DNA of 63,954 nt, filler included, from Klebsormidium nitens (taxonomy: Eukaryota > Plantae > Klebsormidiophyceae): NCBI GenBank assembly GCA_000708835.1. It is 5 parts of 5 records of this genome, joined end to end, with 100 filler letters (N's around TTAATTAATTAA, not from the genome) between each part and the next. Parts side by side here need not be neighbours in the genome. Positions count along the whole stretch, not along the records: positions 13,094 to 38,502 come from DF237764.1; 4 more parts are not named here. One strand, 5' to 3'. Within the stretch, counting starts at the first letter, position 1, and each line of letters starts with the position of its first letter. Positions 22,301-32,613 of the stretch are shown piece after piece. The translations under genes and the position numbers were made by a program. The notes beneath the pieces were generated by a model. It had not been told where the DNA came from, did no database searches, and saw nothing but the letters and a program-made list of their open reading frames with translations.

Positions 22301-25300
22301 GTTTGCTGCCCAACTTTTCTGGGCTCAGCTCATTGATCGATAGAATGTCCGGCAGCCCCAAGAGCCCACCATCAGCGTCCAAACAGCGTCCAAAACTTGT
22401 ATGACGGGCAGAAAAGGGACCCGTAAGCGTGTAAAGAACGTCCGCAGTGTCAAAGAGCGTCTGAAAGCCAGCGATCGATAGAATGTCCCCCAATCCCAGA
22501 GTCCCCACCAAAGCACCGTCCAAAAACCGTCCGATTTGCTTTTAAAACGCAGACAGGGCACCCGAAGTGCGTCTCAAAATGGCGTCAAAGAGCGTCCGAA
22601 GGCGTCCGAAGCAACTCACCAGATTCTCTGGGCTTCGTTCATCAGTCAACGAAATGTCCAACAATCCCAAGATCCCGGCCAGAGGCGATTAAACAGCGTC
22701 CGAAACTGACCAGAAAGCGTCCTAAAGAATGTCCAGTAGTGTCAAAGAGCATCTAAAAGTCCCTCACCAGATTCTCTGGGCTCAGCTCATCGGTCAACAG
22801 GATGTCCAGCAATCGTAGGATCCCGGCCATCGGCGTCCAAACACTGTCCGAAACTTCCTTAAAACGCAGACAAAGCAACCGAAGGCCGTCCGAGCGCCTC
22901 AAAGAACGTCCGAAAGTTGTCCGAAGTCACTCACCAAATTCTCTGGGCTCAGCTCATCGGTCAAAAGGATGTCCAGCAACCTTAGGATTCCAGCCATCGG
23001 TGTTACACAGCGTCCGAAACTGATCGATAAGCGTCCGAAAGAACGTCCAGTAGAATCATAGAGCGTCCGAAAGTCACTCACCAGATTTTCCGGGCTCAGC
23101 TCGTCAGTCAGCAGAATGTCCAGCAACCCTAGGATCCCAGCCATCGGCGTCCGCAGCTCGTGCGACATGTTGCTCAAAAACCGACTCTTTGCCTCGCTGT
23201 TGGCCTCCGCGCGCGCCTTCGCCTCGCCGAGCTCCGCTTTCAGGCGCACCTCCGTCGAAACCCGTGTAGTCAGGCAGAAGACCAGGACGCATCCGATGGC
23301 GAAAATGGCGCACGAGAGGCCGACCAGGAGGAGGATAGTTTGGCCGCGCCGCTCGTCGATGGGACCCATTATGCTTTGCCTGTGGCAAACAAATCCGGGT
23401 TATGGAGGGTTATATAGAGGAAAGTGGATTCGAAAGACTTGGTTTGAGCACCTTTGTTTGCTCGGGCAGTCTGCAGCGCCAGCATATGAGACCTCTGCTT
23501 TGTGTGTGTTTGGATCAAGGAATCTAAGTTCAAACATACGGAGCAACTTTCATGGACTTTTCAAATGCTTCGACTTCGCGCGGGCTTCGGAAAACTGGCT
23601 TGTTTTATGTTGAGTTTTAAGTCTGCAATCTTTGAGAACAATGATGTGCAAGGGCCACCAACTTGGACCCCATGACTTCTAGGCGGAGGTGAGGATCTGA
23701 TAACCTGATGATCAAGTGCCTCCGCGCTGCCCTTCTCATGGGGCTTCAACAATTCAACGCTGAGAAGAACCATCGTGCTAACCAGCAAGTTCTGGATCAG
23801 CGGGAGGTTTTATGAAGCTGAGAACCATAGGACTCGGTTGAAAAGGGAGGTTTTCCATCGCCTAAACCAAGCACTGCAATGCGTGGAGATCAGATAGCTG
23901 TGGACCGCTCCGAGACGCTTCTGGCAACTTCGTGCTGGGACGCTTTGCAGGGTCCCCGAATCAACTACCACGGACAAGGACCAGGTGCGCTTAAAGAGTG
24001 TAGGAGCTGATGCATCCTGCGATCTTAGAGCTCCTTGGTTGCTGAATCTGTTGTCGCAAGTCGGGCAATGAGAGCAAAGTTGGCCGATACTGTATCCACA
24101 AAACGCAGCGACAGCTTAGACATCAATGCCCCTGTTAAAGGAGGGCAGCTTTGAAAAAAGTTGTTGAAGCAAAGTTAGGGAATCGAGATGTAGACCGAAA
24201 CGGATTGCTTTGCTTACCTTGGAATCATTAGCACTGCCACGACTTGGAAGTTGTAGTTGGAGAGCGGCAGAGTGTCGACGTAGTAAAGTCTCCCCATAAG
24301 GTTCACATTGGAATGTATCGCGGGCGTTGTCATCAGTAAGTCGGGGGGCCACCTGGAAAGAACGGCGTTGTGACAAAGTGTTTTCTTTCCTCTTCTGTTT
24401 CTTAAGGGAGTCTCACTTCGGATCGAGTCTAGCGCTTGAACAGAATCTGGAACATGTCCGTATTGAAATGCCTCGTCCTTTCTAACACGCCGCTATACTC
24501 TTACGAACGTTTCTCATCTCGCCAATGCTTGATAGTTACTGAGATTACTCGGAGCAACGCATTATCAGCCGAGACGGCAAGGTCAGATGTAATGAGGACT
24601 CTGAAACAAAGAAGAACATAAAGACAAGTCGCCTTACAAGACCCATCAGTCAACGATCGAGACGCATTTGTGACTGACGAACTCAAGGATCGGCCTCACT
24701 TCCAACTAACTTCTGGACGAGTACTTTTACCAGTAGCATTGCGGCCGTTTACTGGAGTAAATGCCCTCCACGCAAGAACTTACGTCTTGCTGATGAACGC
24801 ATCGGCTGCCCGGATGAGAGCGTTGTCTGACTGGTTGACGAACTTGAGCGCGCCCAGAGTGTTGGACTGGAAGTCGCTGCTCGAGTTCGCCGCAGCGACC
24901 AGAACATTGTCCATCGTCTTGAAGTAGAGACTCCCTGAAAATATGAGACACTCGAGTTCTTGCGTGTAGAACAGGCTAGAAGCAACAGAATTTGACAATC
25001 TCCCTTCTCTCCTTTCAGGGAAGCAGAAATTGACCTTGTTTCCGATCCGCTCTTGGGACACCGAAGCAGGGACACAGCATTCTCAGGGTCGTCTCTGGTA
25101 TTTGCGGTGCTGACAAGAAGCCCGTCGACTGTCGCTCCTTGAAGCCAACCGAGCTACCGAAGTACTTCCTCTGGTTGGGGTAAACGAACGTCAAAAGACG
25201 TCGGCGACCGCTGATTGTCTATGCGTTGCCATCACAGACAAGTGTGCACGTTCTCCTGAGGCCCACACAATCCAAAACCTGTCAAGCATGTTCGGGATTC

Positions 25301-28300
25301 AAGATATGATTCTCTGATGCAGGTGAAAGATACCGCCTACTGCCTATCTGATTGGCATTGTGCATACCTCTCTTCCAGAAATGCCTCACAGAGACCGACT
25401 GCCCTCAACTCCAGGCCTGACTTATAAAAACTCAGGTCGTCAAACGTCGTCAATCCGGGTCATCTGACGGCTCCCACAGCTTCGCAACCTTCCATCGGAC
25501 GATTCACACCACCCTTCAGATCCAGGCCCAATACATAAGCGCTCAGGTCGTCCAGCAATTGCGACATCTCACAAAGCTCTTAAAATTCCTAAGGAACGGC
25601 TCAGAAACACTCACCGCCCTTCAGGTCCAGGCCCGATATGTAAGCGCTCAGATCGTCCAGGGTCGTCGCAATCGTGTAGATCCCGAGCGTCTCGTTGGTG
25701 ACGTTGCTTTTCACCGGCGCAGCCACCAACAGAACCGGGTACGACTGGATCGAAAACAGCAGGTTGACGAAGATGCTGTCGGGGGATCCCTGGCGCGCGG
25801 CAATGTAGTACGCGCGTTGCCGGAAGTCGACGTTTGTGTTGTACAGCTGGGGTTTTCCGATGGGATTGCCGTTCTTGTCGAGAGACTCGATGTACGAGGT
25901 CTCGGGCTGGAATTGAGCGACACTGCACAAAGAGGGACGGGCGCTGACATGAGGGCGGCATTCTGTGGATATCTAGTCGTTCTATAAAGGTCATCCCGCT
26001 TTTGTCTAGCGACAGGAGTCGCCCGAATGTAACCCGGCAATCATGTAGAAGGTGAGACAACCGCTGCCATGAGGATTTGTAGCTGTCAGCATTCAGAGCA
26101 AGTTCAAGAATAGCTTTATGCCGGGTTCGTCCAGAGTTTCTGTGGATGAGCCCACAGAATGCTGCACAAGGGGGAGAGACGGGGTGATATAAATCCAAAT
26201 CTAATAATGACAAGATTCTTTAGATGAATCTGCTAGGACTTCATGCCGTTCCTGTCAAGAATTGTAAGAAACCTCCAGATGGGAGCAGCATGCAGAGAAG
26301 GGGTCATGCGAGTTCCAAATTGCGAAGCAATTCGGTTCCATACAATCTCTAGTCTTCTGTTTCTCATTTCGGTCATAGATGTGAAAATCGCCCAATGGAT
26401 TTTACGGCTCACTGCGCATGTTTATTCAAGTTGATGAACGGAAGGAGAAAAGCATTGGGGACAACAGCAAGCGCCACCAAACATCTGCAAACCGTCCCAA
26501 CGAGAATTTCCCTTATTCGCGGCTAGAAAAGACTTTACAGTGGTTAAGCGTCAAACTACTAGACTACCAACAAGACGGAACAAGAGGGTTTCAAAGTTGA
26601 AAAGCTACCGCACCTGGTATTCGCAAACGTCCTGAAATACCGCGGCCCCCCTGTGGTGTTCTGGGAGTAGGTGTACTGGTACCGCCCGTTCTCCAGCACG
26701 AGACCGAAGTTGCGCACGTGATGCTTGTTCGAAACTAGGGGCCAGGTCTTCCAGTCCAGCTGCAAGCGAACAAGCCGAAAAAGCTTTGTTCAAGACGGCA
26801 GCTGAGATTTGGGGGTCAGAGTTGATCAAGCTTTTGGTGCTCAGAAGCGAGCTCGAAATGCACAACTGCTTCTCTGTTTCAAAGGAAGTGCCGTCAAGTG
26901 CCCCAACCAGTTCCTCAACTCCGAAAATGCCGAGCTGCTTCAATCCATTCATCAACCTGTCACGATTATGTATCTTGCAAATCTGTAGGCATACCGCCCC
27001 CGGTTTCAGAAACAAAGCGGAGGACTTCAAATCGGCTGTGTACAGCGCACCTCGCAGAAGGGGAAGGACATCAGATTCAATTCCAGTCGACAGAGGCTGA
27101 ACAGAATCAGATCCCTCAACCCGTAAAGCACACCCGCCACCCCTTACCTCGGTGCCGAAGAAACTCCCGGAGGTCTGGTACTGGCTGTGCACGGCGGTCC
27201 CGGCAACTTGGAGCACTGCGCTCTGGTCCTTCAGCCTGTTGTTCATGAGCTGGATGGACCGGTCCAACAGGTCGTACCTAAAGAAAGGCAGTGATGGTTG
27301 GATATAAATGGTTACTCCTGCGAAGTTGAGCGCTTTGTCCATTGTAGGGACAAACTTTCGATGATAAGACGCGTCCGCCTTCAGGACTTTTGACGCTTCG
27401 CACGGTCCGCACAACAGATGATACAGTTTTCTGACTTGAAGGTTCGGGCTGCACGGGAAAGAACCTTTAACTGCTCGAGTTGGTCACTCACAAGGGAAAA
27501 CACTAAGTAGTAGACTCGGGATGCTAATGTTACAAGCAGCGGTAATAGCAAGCGATCTCATATGCGGGCTACCTTCACTACGGTTTAGGCTAGAGGGGGG
27601 GTGCATATCAGAAGGGGTATCTATCAGAGAGTGAACACAAGCCCTCAAATGACCTCCAGACCTTGCAGTTTCTAAAACCGTAGCGACAGATTATGACAAG
27701 TAAAAGGTCAGATTGCTAGTTGCAACAATAGCTCAGCCCTTGATGCGCAAGTGCCGAGGCTAGAGCTTTGTAGAGGCTTTAAAAGTGCCACTGATTGACG
27801 AACAGTGAACGGCCTGGTTACGTCCAAGCCATCAAACTGCATCTATATGTAAAAACTAAAGCAGAAATTCTGCGACCTTTTTCAGGAGTCTTGACAAGAA
27901 CTCGAGGACTTTTACTGCATTCAAGATTCCTTACCGCAAGGAGTATCCAAGCCCTCGAACGGCATCCATCGAGCTGCGTTGCGTCCAGTAGAACGTGACC
28001 AGCGTCGTCAGGCAAATGGCGACCGCCATCAATGTCTGCCACAAGAAAAGTTGCAATCGGGTTAAGGTAGGCGTCGGATGTTAGCGCTTGTGAGGTGCAC
28101 GCTGCGTGAGTAGAAGTCTTTACGGACCAGATATAAGAGCTTGGTAAATCCTGGACTACAGCAACATAGATCGTGTAGGGAGGACGGGCGCCATTTTGAG
28201 CTTCTTTCAGGCTTTCTTTGGAAGTTTGCAAATGTAAAAGTCGCGAGGTGGTTTGGTTCCCTGGGCCAGCTCTACCTCAATTGGTGAATGTCCAATCCCT

Positions 28301-29840
28301 CATGTCATCCTTCCGACCAGTAAAACGCTCAACTGTGGCTGGAATCAGCTCAGCGCATCAGCGCTAGCCACTTTGTTCAGGATCCGGGTAGATGGAATGA
28401 GCTCAGCTAATTAGGCTCAGCTCAGATGGTTCGTTGAACCTTAAAGCGACTTCCTCAGAGTTGGAACAGTGGAAGCTGACACATGCACCCATTTTCGTCT
28501 GCGCCAAGTTTCAAGGGTCCGCTCTGATTTACCCTTTGAAACACAGCTGGTATTACATCTACATGTGAGCGTCCCTAAGTCGGCCCTTCTTGGCTTCACA
28601 AATCCTAGCCCAACTAGAATCGGTGCTTCAATCCAAAATTGTGGGTCCCGTTAAAGTCCACCCCCCTCAATGAGCCAGGCCCTCAAATTGGATTATGAAG
28701 ATGACCGCATCTTGCTGGCCAACTTTCATTCTCGCAAGATTACTACTGCGGCAAAGAGAACATTCGGAATGCGCAGCTGGGGGCGATCGCAGCTCTTCAG
28801 GAAACAGAGCGAATAGTCTCAAGTCCTGCCATTCGGCACTTGCTTGCCCCGATTGAAGAGAGGTTGGTGAACTCTTCAGACTTCAAATATTTTTCGTCCG
28901 GCCACAACAAGGACGTGTGTGCTGGAACCTCTTCAATTGAATGAGGAGACTTGACGAAATGCTTTGTTGCACTGCAGACCTCAATGCACTATAGGCTCCC
29001 AGATCTAATCTTATTTCTGGTCTTCTCGACCTGACTCGAGGTGCAACATGGCCCTTTGAAGAATGCTCCTTAACAATATGGATAGAGTCGAGTGTACAAA
29101 CAACCACGACAATCGACCAGCCAAACCGGCGTTGTTACGGAACACAGGTTACGAAACAGGCACACATACAGAAAGTAATGGTGACTTGGAAATTTTCCGG
29201 TGTGCTCAGCTTGCGCTTTGAGCAACGGCCGCGAGAAGCGTACAACCAAGTGGTGTTGAGGTTTGCGGCATTTGCGGAACTCCCTCTGGCATCCTTAGCG
29301 GGCTTAAATTGTGAGACTAAACCCTGTTACACTTTGCCCCTTGCGTACGTGCTTTGTCTAAGTGGTCCAGCGAGGAAAGGAACTCCAACGACGCATACGA
29401 GATGCTGCGCATCGTTGCTCATCCGCTGCAATTGAAGCACCTTCATAGGGATGCGCGAGCATGATACATATCATTCCATAACGGCCTGCCTCAAGATGGA
29501 ACCAGAGCTGAACGATTGGACTTGGTTGTACGGCCGTTTGATGGTGCAAACAACATTCGTATGCGAATCTCAATTGAGAAAGTACAGAGGCTCTTTACAA
29601 CAGGTATCCTCTTACATTGCAGCAGTCAAAGTGGCTGCCAACCTTGATGTCGCGAGTGCTAAAAAGCAGAACTACAGAAAAGCCTCTCAACAATGATGAG
29701 TTTGCTGAACGCACCATGATTGCTAGCCGGGCAAAGAGCACGGTGTAGCTCCCTTGGTAGCAATGCAGGTCCACCCGCTTCGCTTTGGGCCCGCTCTCAT
29801 CATCGCTGACCTCAGCCTTGGCCCCTGGTGATGCCGCCAT
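13347..29840 (-). CDS. AHK1: AHK1-like hybrid sensor histidine kinase (TM1 - Cache-like extracellular domain - TM2 - HisKA - HATPase_c - pseudo-receiver - receiver), 17 exons, 1222 aa
   Basis: Exons, all GT-AG and phase-consistent, 3669 nt in total: 29715-29840, 27935-28035, 27148-27277, 26614-26759, 25615-25922, 24784-24934, 24218-24352, 23082-23379, 21811-21885, 20916-21154, 19952-20256, 18726-18933, 17984-18225, 16608-16765, 14687-15349, 13810-13968, 13347-13571. Motifs: [26 protein letters not shown]...[22 protein letters not shown]...[20 protein letters not shown] (H-box), [11 protein letters not shown] (N-box), EVDDTGLGI (G1), HGGTGLGL (G2), VLVAED, VLMDCQMP, LSKP. These match my recollection of Arabidopsis AHK1; orthology is not tested. 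Confidence 0.93.
15420..16025 (-). repeat. Tandem array of six ~108-117-bp copies of the acceptor and exon start at 15349
   Basis: Copied CAG|GTA(T/C)TGA acceptors at ~15466, 15580, 15693, 15801, 15909 and 16018. Confidence 0.9.
16850..17670 (-). repeat. Tandem array of six ~130-200-bp copies of the acceptor and exon start at 16765
   Basis: Repeated gcgctccagcc(c/g)ctgaccgtc...gggggggtgacc...gaggacc...agcgcggggggg..ctgcaaag, with acceptors at ~16968, 17108, 17236, 17376, 17514 and 17654. Confidence 0.9.
18538..18705 (-). repeat. Short echoes of the exon end at 18726 in the downstream intron
   Basis: cgcgatctggcggctcagat (18538-18557) versus exon cgcgatctgacggctcagat (18731-18750). Weaker copies at ~18603 and ~18690. 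Confidence 0.7.
19068..19490 (-). repeat. Three decaying copies of the acceptor and exon start at 18933 ([11 protein letters not shown]...)
   Basis: Copied acceptors at ~19139, ~19304 and ~19485. They translate as [32 protein letters not shown] and [13 protein letters not shown]. Confidence 0.92.
19822..19872 (-). repeat. Single echo of the G2-box exon end (19952)
   Basis: Translates [11 protein letters not shown] versus exon [11 protein letters not shown]. Confidence 0.85.
20546..20583. repeat. Perfect 19-bp intronic tandem duplication
   Basis: ttaggcgaaagcatcgact occurs twice in tandem. Confidence 0.9.
21183..21400. repeat. Three ~75-bp intronic tandem units next to the acceptor at 21155
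   Basis: gaaag(tg/cg/gt)...ttcc...ttgcttc(t/c)c...gaag(t)g...cagaa occurs three times. Confidence 0.7.
21915..22022. repeat. 12-bp minisatellite (tagacttggt..) next to the acceptor at 21886
   Basis: About 8-9 degenerate copies of agacttggta. Confidence 0.85.
22305..23015 (-). repeat. Five ~150-bp decaying copies of the HisKA exon end, donor and intron start (23082)
   Basis: Copies with retained GTGAG donors at 22934, 22767 and 22619; more decayed copies at ~22480 and ~22310. Confidence 0.93.
25395..25566 (-). repeat. Two ~105-bp-spaced copies of the Cache-domain exon end (25615)
   Basis: Translate [15 protein letters not shown] and [17 protein letters not shown] versus exon [17 protein letters not shown]. 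Confidence 0.88.
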
Positions 29841-30567
29841 TTTCGCAGGCAGTGCTTGACCCTAGCCAAGAAGCATCTTACGACCCCTGACGTTCAAGTA
29901 GATCATGACCCGCTTGAAGCTCCCCTTATCAAAACCTCCAGCCCTGCGTGTGTCAGCTTGTATCGTTCGTGTATCGCTGTAGACTCAGCTCCCCCTCAGC
30001 TCACCGAAGCAGAACAATGTTAAAGTATGTAGCATTGCATCAACTTTAACTTTGGTGCCTATGAAATTACTCTACGGTATGCCGCCAAAGGCACCTCAGG
30101 AGATATTTATAACCCGCCAATCTCAAGGATTCTGTCGAAGCCTCAGCCTCTACGAGCGCCTTTAGCTACATAATGACGATGTGAACAGCTGAGTGGAGCT
30201 GGTCGGAAAATAGCTGACCAGCAGGCAAGCGTCTTGCAAAGGGCAAAAGACGAGCCCAGGTCGAGGATGACATCACCATTTTAAATTAGGTACATAGAGA
30301 AGAAGTTCATTTTTTAGACACGAGGGAGCACGAGGAAGTCGCCCTGGGCAGATTTCAAATCCTGCTGAAAAGCAACCACCAGGCACCTACCTAGCTTGCA
30401 ACACCGCAAGTTACAATGCACCACGTGAGCAGCCCATGCAAGATAGCAATCCTCAATCTTGACACTAAAAGTGCAATCCCTGTGGTCTGGAGTCTGCCCT
30501 TGGTCGGTCAAGTAGCAGTACCACATCTGGTGTCACAGAATTAGTTTGGGGGTGCTATTCAACCTGT

Positions 30568-30591
30568 CACGTGGCCTGTTCACGTGGCCTG
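30568..30591. promoter_or_regulatory. Tandem G-box/ABRE-like motifs (CACGTGGC x2) ~730 bp upstream of the histidine kinase ATG
   Basis: cacgtggcctg at 30568 and 30581, 13 bp apart. The transcription start is unknown. Confidence 0.35.
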
Positions 30592-30888
30592 GCTTCCACG
30601 CATACGTCACGCCAACGGTGACGCTCAACCCACCTGAACGGTTCAGTGAACCGCCAACTCCCCGAGGATCAGGCCCCGAGATTTCGACTGCGGGAGCCCG
30701 GTCCGACGACGGTCGACGCGTTTGAGCGGAGTTGAGCTTCAAATATGAGCACGCTGCACCACACCAGAAACAAGCCTAAACCAGAAATCTTAACCCCTAA
30801 TGTCAACCTGCGCTGCACCCTCTCACCGAGCTCTCACCCTCTCACCCTAGCTCACCCGGGCTAAACCTTAGGCGGGTCGGATTTAATT

Positions 30889-31147
30889 CCCGGGTTCCGG
30901 TCCTACCCCCTTTTGGGTGGGTCGGTCGGTCGGGAAGAAAAAATAGATGGTTTTTTGCTTGTATGCTTGAGACATGAAATAATATGGAATATTCTTGGGG
31001 CAAAAACTTCATTTCTTGGCCCGGATTTCATTATTTTCAATCCAAAATGACCCAAAATCGGGAAATTTTGGCCAAAATACTGACTATATTTATTATTTTT
31101 TCCAAAATCCTTTCGGATTTTGGGTCGGTCGGGGACCGGAAACCGGA
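30889..31147. mobile_element. Possible small MITE-like relic
   Basis: cccgggttccggtcc (30889-30903) and ggaccggaaaccgga (31133-31147) match 13/15 as inverted repeats around an AT-rich core. No TSD seen. Confidence 0.3.
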
Positions 31148-31684
31148 TTTAACTTCGAGTCGCCTTACGATAACCCCACCCTTCCCACGATGATTTTCCA
31201 GCGCAGCCGGCTGCGGCCTGCCGCTATCCAGCCTATCCTGCATTCGACAACCCATACTGGCCCCCGGGCACCGGAGTCGGTACAGGGTACATACTACCGG
31301 TACACACAACTTACAAGGTAGGGCGGTGTCCGCCGGTGTCACGTGTGCCTGCCAACCCTGCGTAGGGCACACAACCTACGGTACTCGGTTCAGTGCACCT
31401 TGCAAGTTGGACCGTCCCCCGGGCAAATGCAAGTAGGACAAGCATGAGGAACGATTGCCCGGTGAGGAATGGGGGCGCCGGATCGTGGGTCGGGACTCGG
31501 TGCCCACTGCCTGACAGTGGCCGTTATGATGTGTACATACAATGTGTCAGAAAGTGCAGAAAGGCGAGGATGTCGGATTTGCTGTGCGGTGCGCACACCG
31601 GCCAGCGGCCCCGGCCCCCTCATATGGGCCCTGGCATGCTGCATGTACCGGAGGGAGGCGAAAATTCAGGGGGTCGGGCCGGCC

Positions 31685-31730
31685 ATCGCCGGAGGCGATA
31701 AGGGGTCGGGCCCGCAGGGCCCGACCCCTT
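31685..31730. other. Two adjacent perfect hairpins
   Basis: atcgcc-gga-ggcgat (31685-31699) directly followed by aaggggtcgggccc-gca-gggcccgacccctt (31700-31730, 14-bp stem). Confidence 0.85.
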
Positions 31731-32613
31731 CCGGTTCCTCAACGTGATATTGTTGCGGCGCAGCCGCAACGGCTACAGTTTATTTTACCGCAAATGCATG
31801 TTCCGAAGAGGAACTGTTCAGAGGTTCTGTCCACTTTCGATACATTGTTCGGGCATATCAAGCAGCGATTCGGGCTGCCTTTTATCGATGTTGAAAGTAG
31901 AACTTAAAAATTCTGAGTATGTCGCCATGATTCCCGGCAAGTGCCAACGTGTTCTAATTTGCATTGCGGCAGCATCCCGACCGGCCCGGGCTGATCATCG
32001 GTACACTGGTGACTGCACTGTCGCAGGCTTGCATTGCATATACCTAGGTAGGTAATCAGACCTGATTTTCATGTGTGTCCAAGAGACGAACACGGGTATA
32101 TGTACGTACGTCATAATAGGCACATTGTCGGCTATTGTATGCACACGTACACTGACTCACAATACGGATCAGCTTGACATGCCGCACGCGTAAGGCCCAA
32201 TTATTTGATTGTTCATGCCTCATGCAAAGTACTGCAAACCTATGCTAGCGCGTGCATCACAAGGTTTCAATTCGATTTGTCTTGCAATAGGTGCGGAGTA
32301 CAATGATACCCGTTAAGACATTAAGAAGAGTCGTAGATAAGCATTCTTCGTTAAAACATCCAAGTTATCACTGGTCTACTTGATGCAATAGATGGATGGG
32401 CATCGTCACTGAGTCATACACGTCGTGGGGAAAGAAAACAACCCTTTGTTCGGGTGCCATGACATGTAGTGACGGGATCGACGGCCCTTACAATCAATCA
32501 CAAGCGACACAAGATTGATGTTTGGCATGCCATAAATCACAAACACAGCTGTATGCAAGTAATCCAATTCAGTTTCAGATGCTAGGAACCTGATAAATAG
32601 CAAATAAGTCTTG

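Noticed and set aside
26605-27414. 269-aa ORF as a stand-alone gene
   Set aside because: Only 27148-27277 is supported as an exon; the rest is open intron.
31685-31745. Helitron 3' terminus
   Set aside because: The hairpin is present but no CTRR lies just downstream on either strand, and no Rep/helicase is in the window.
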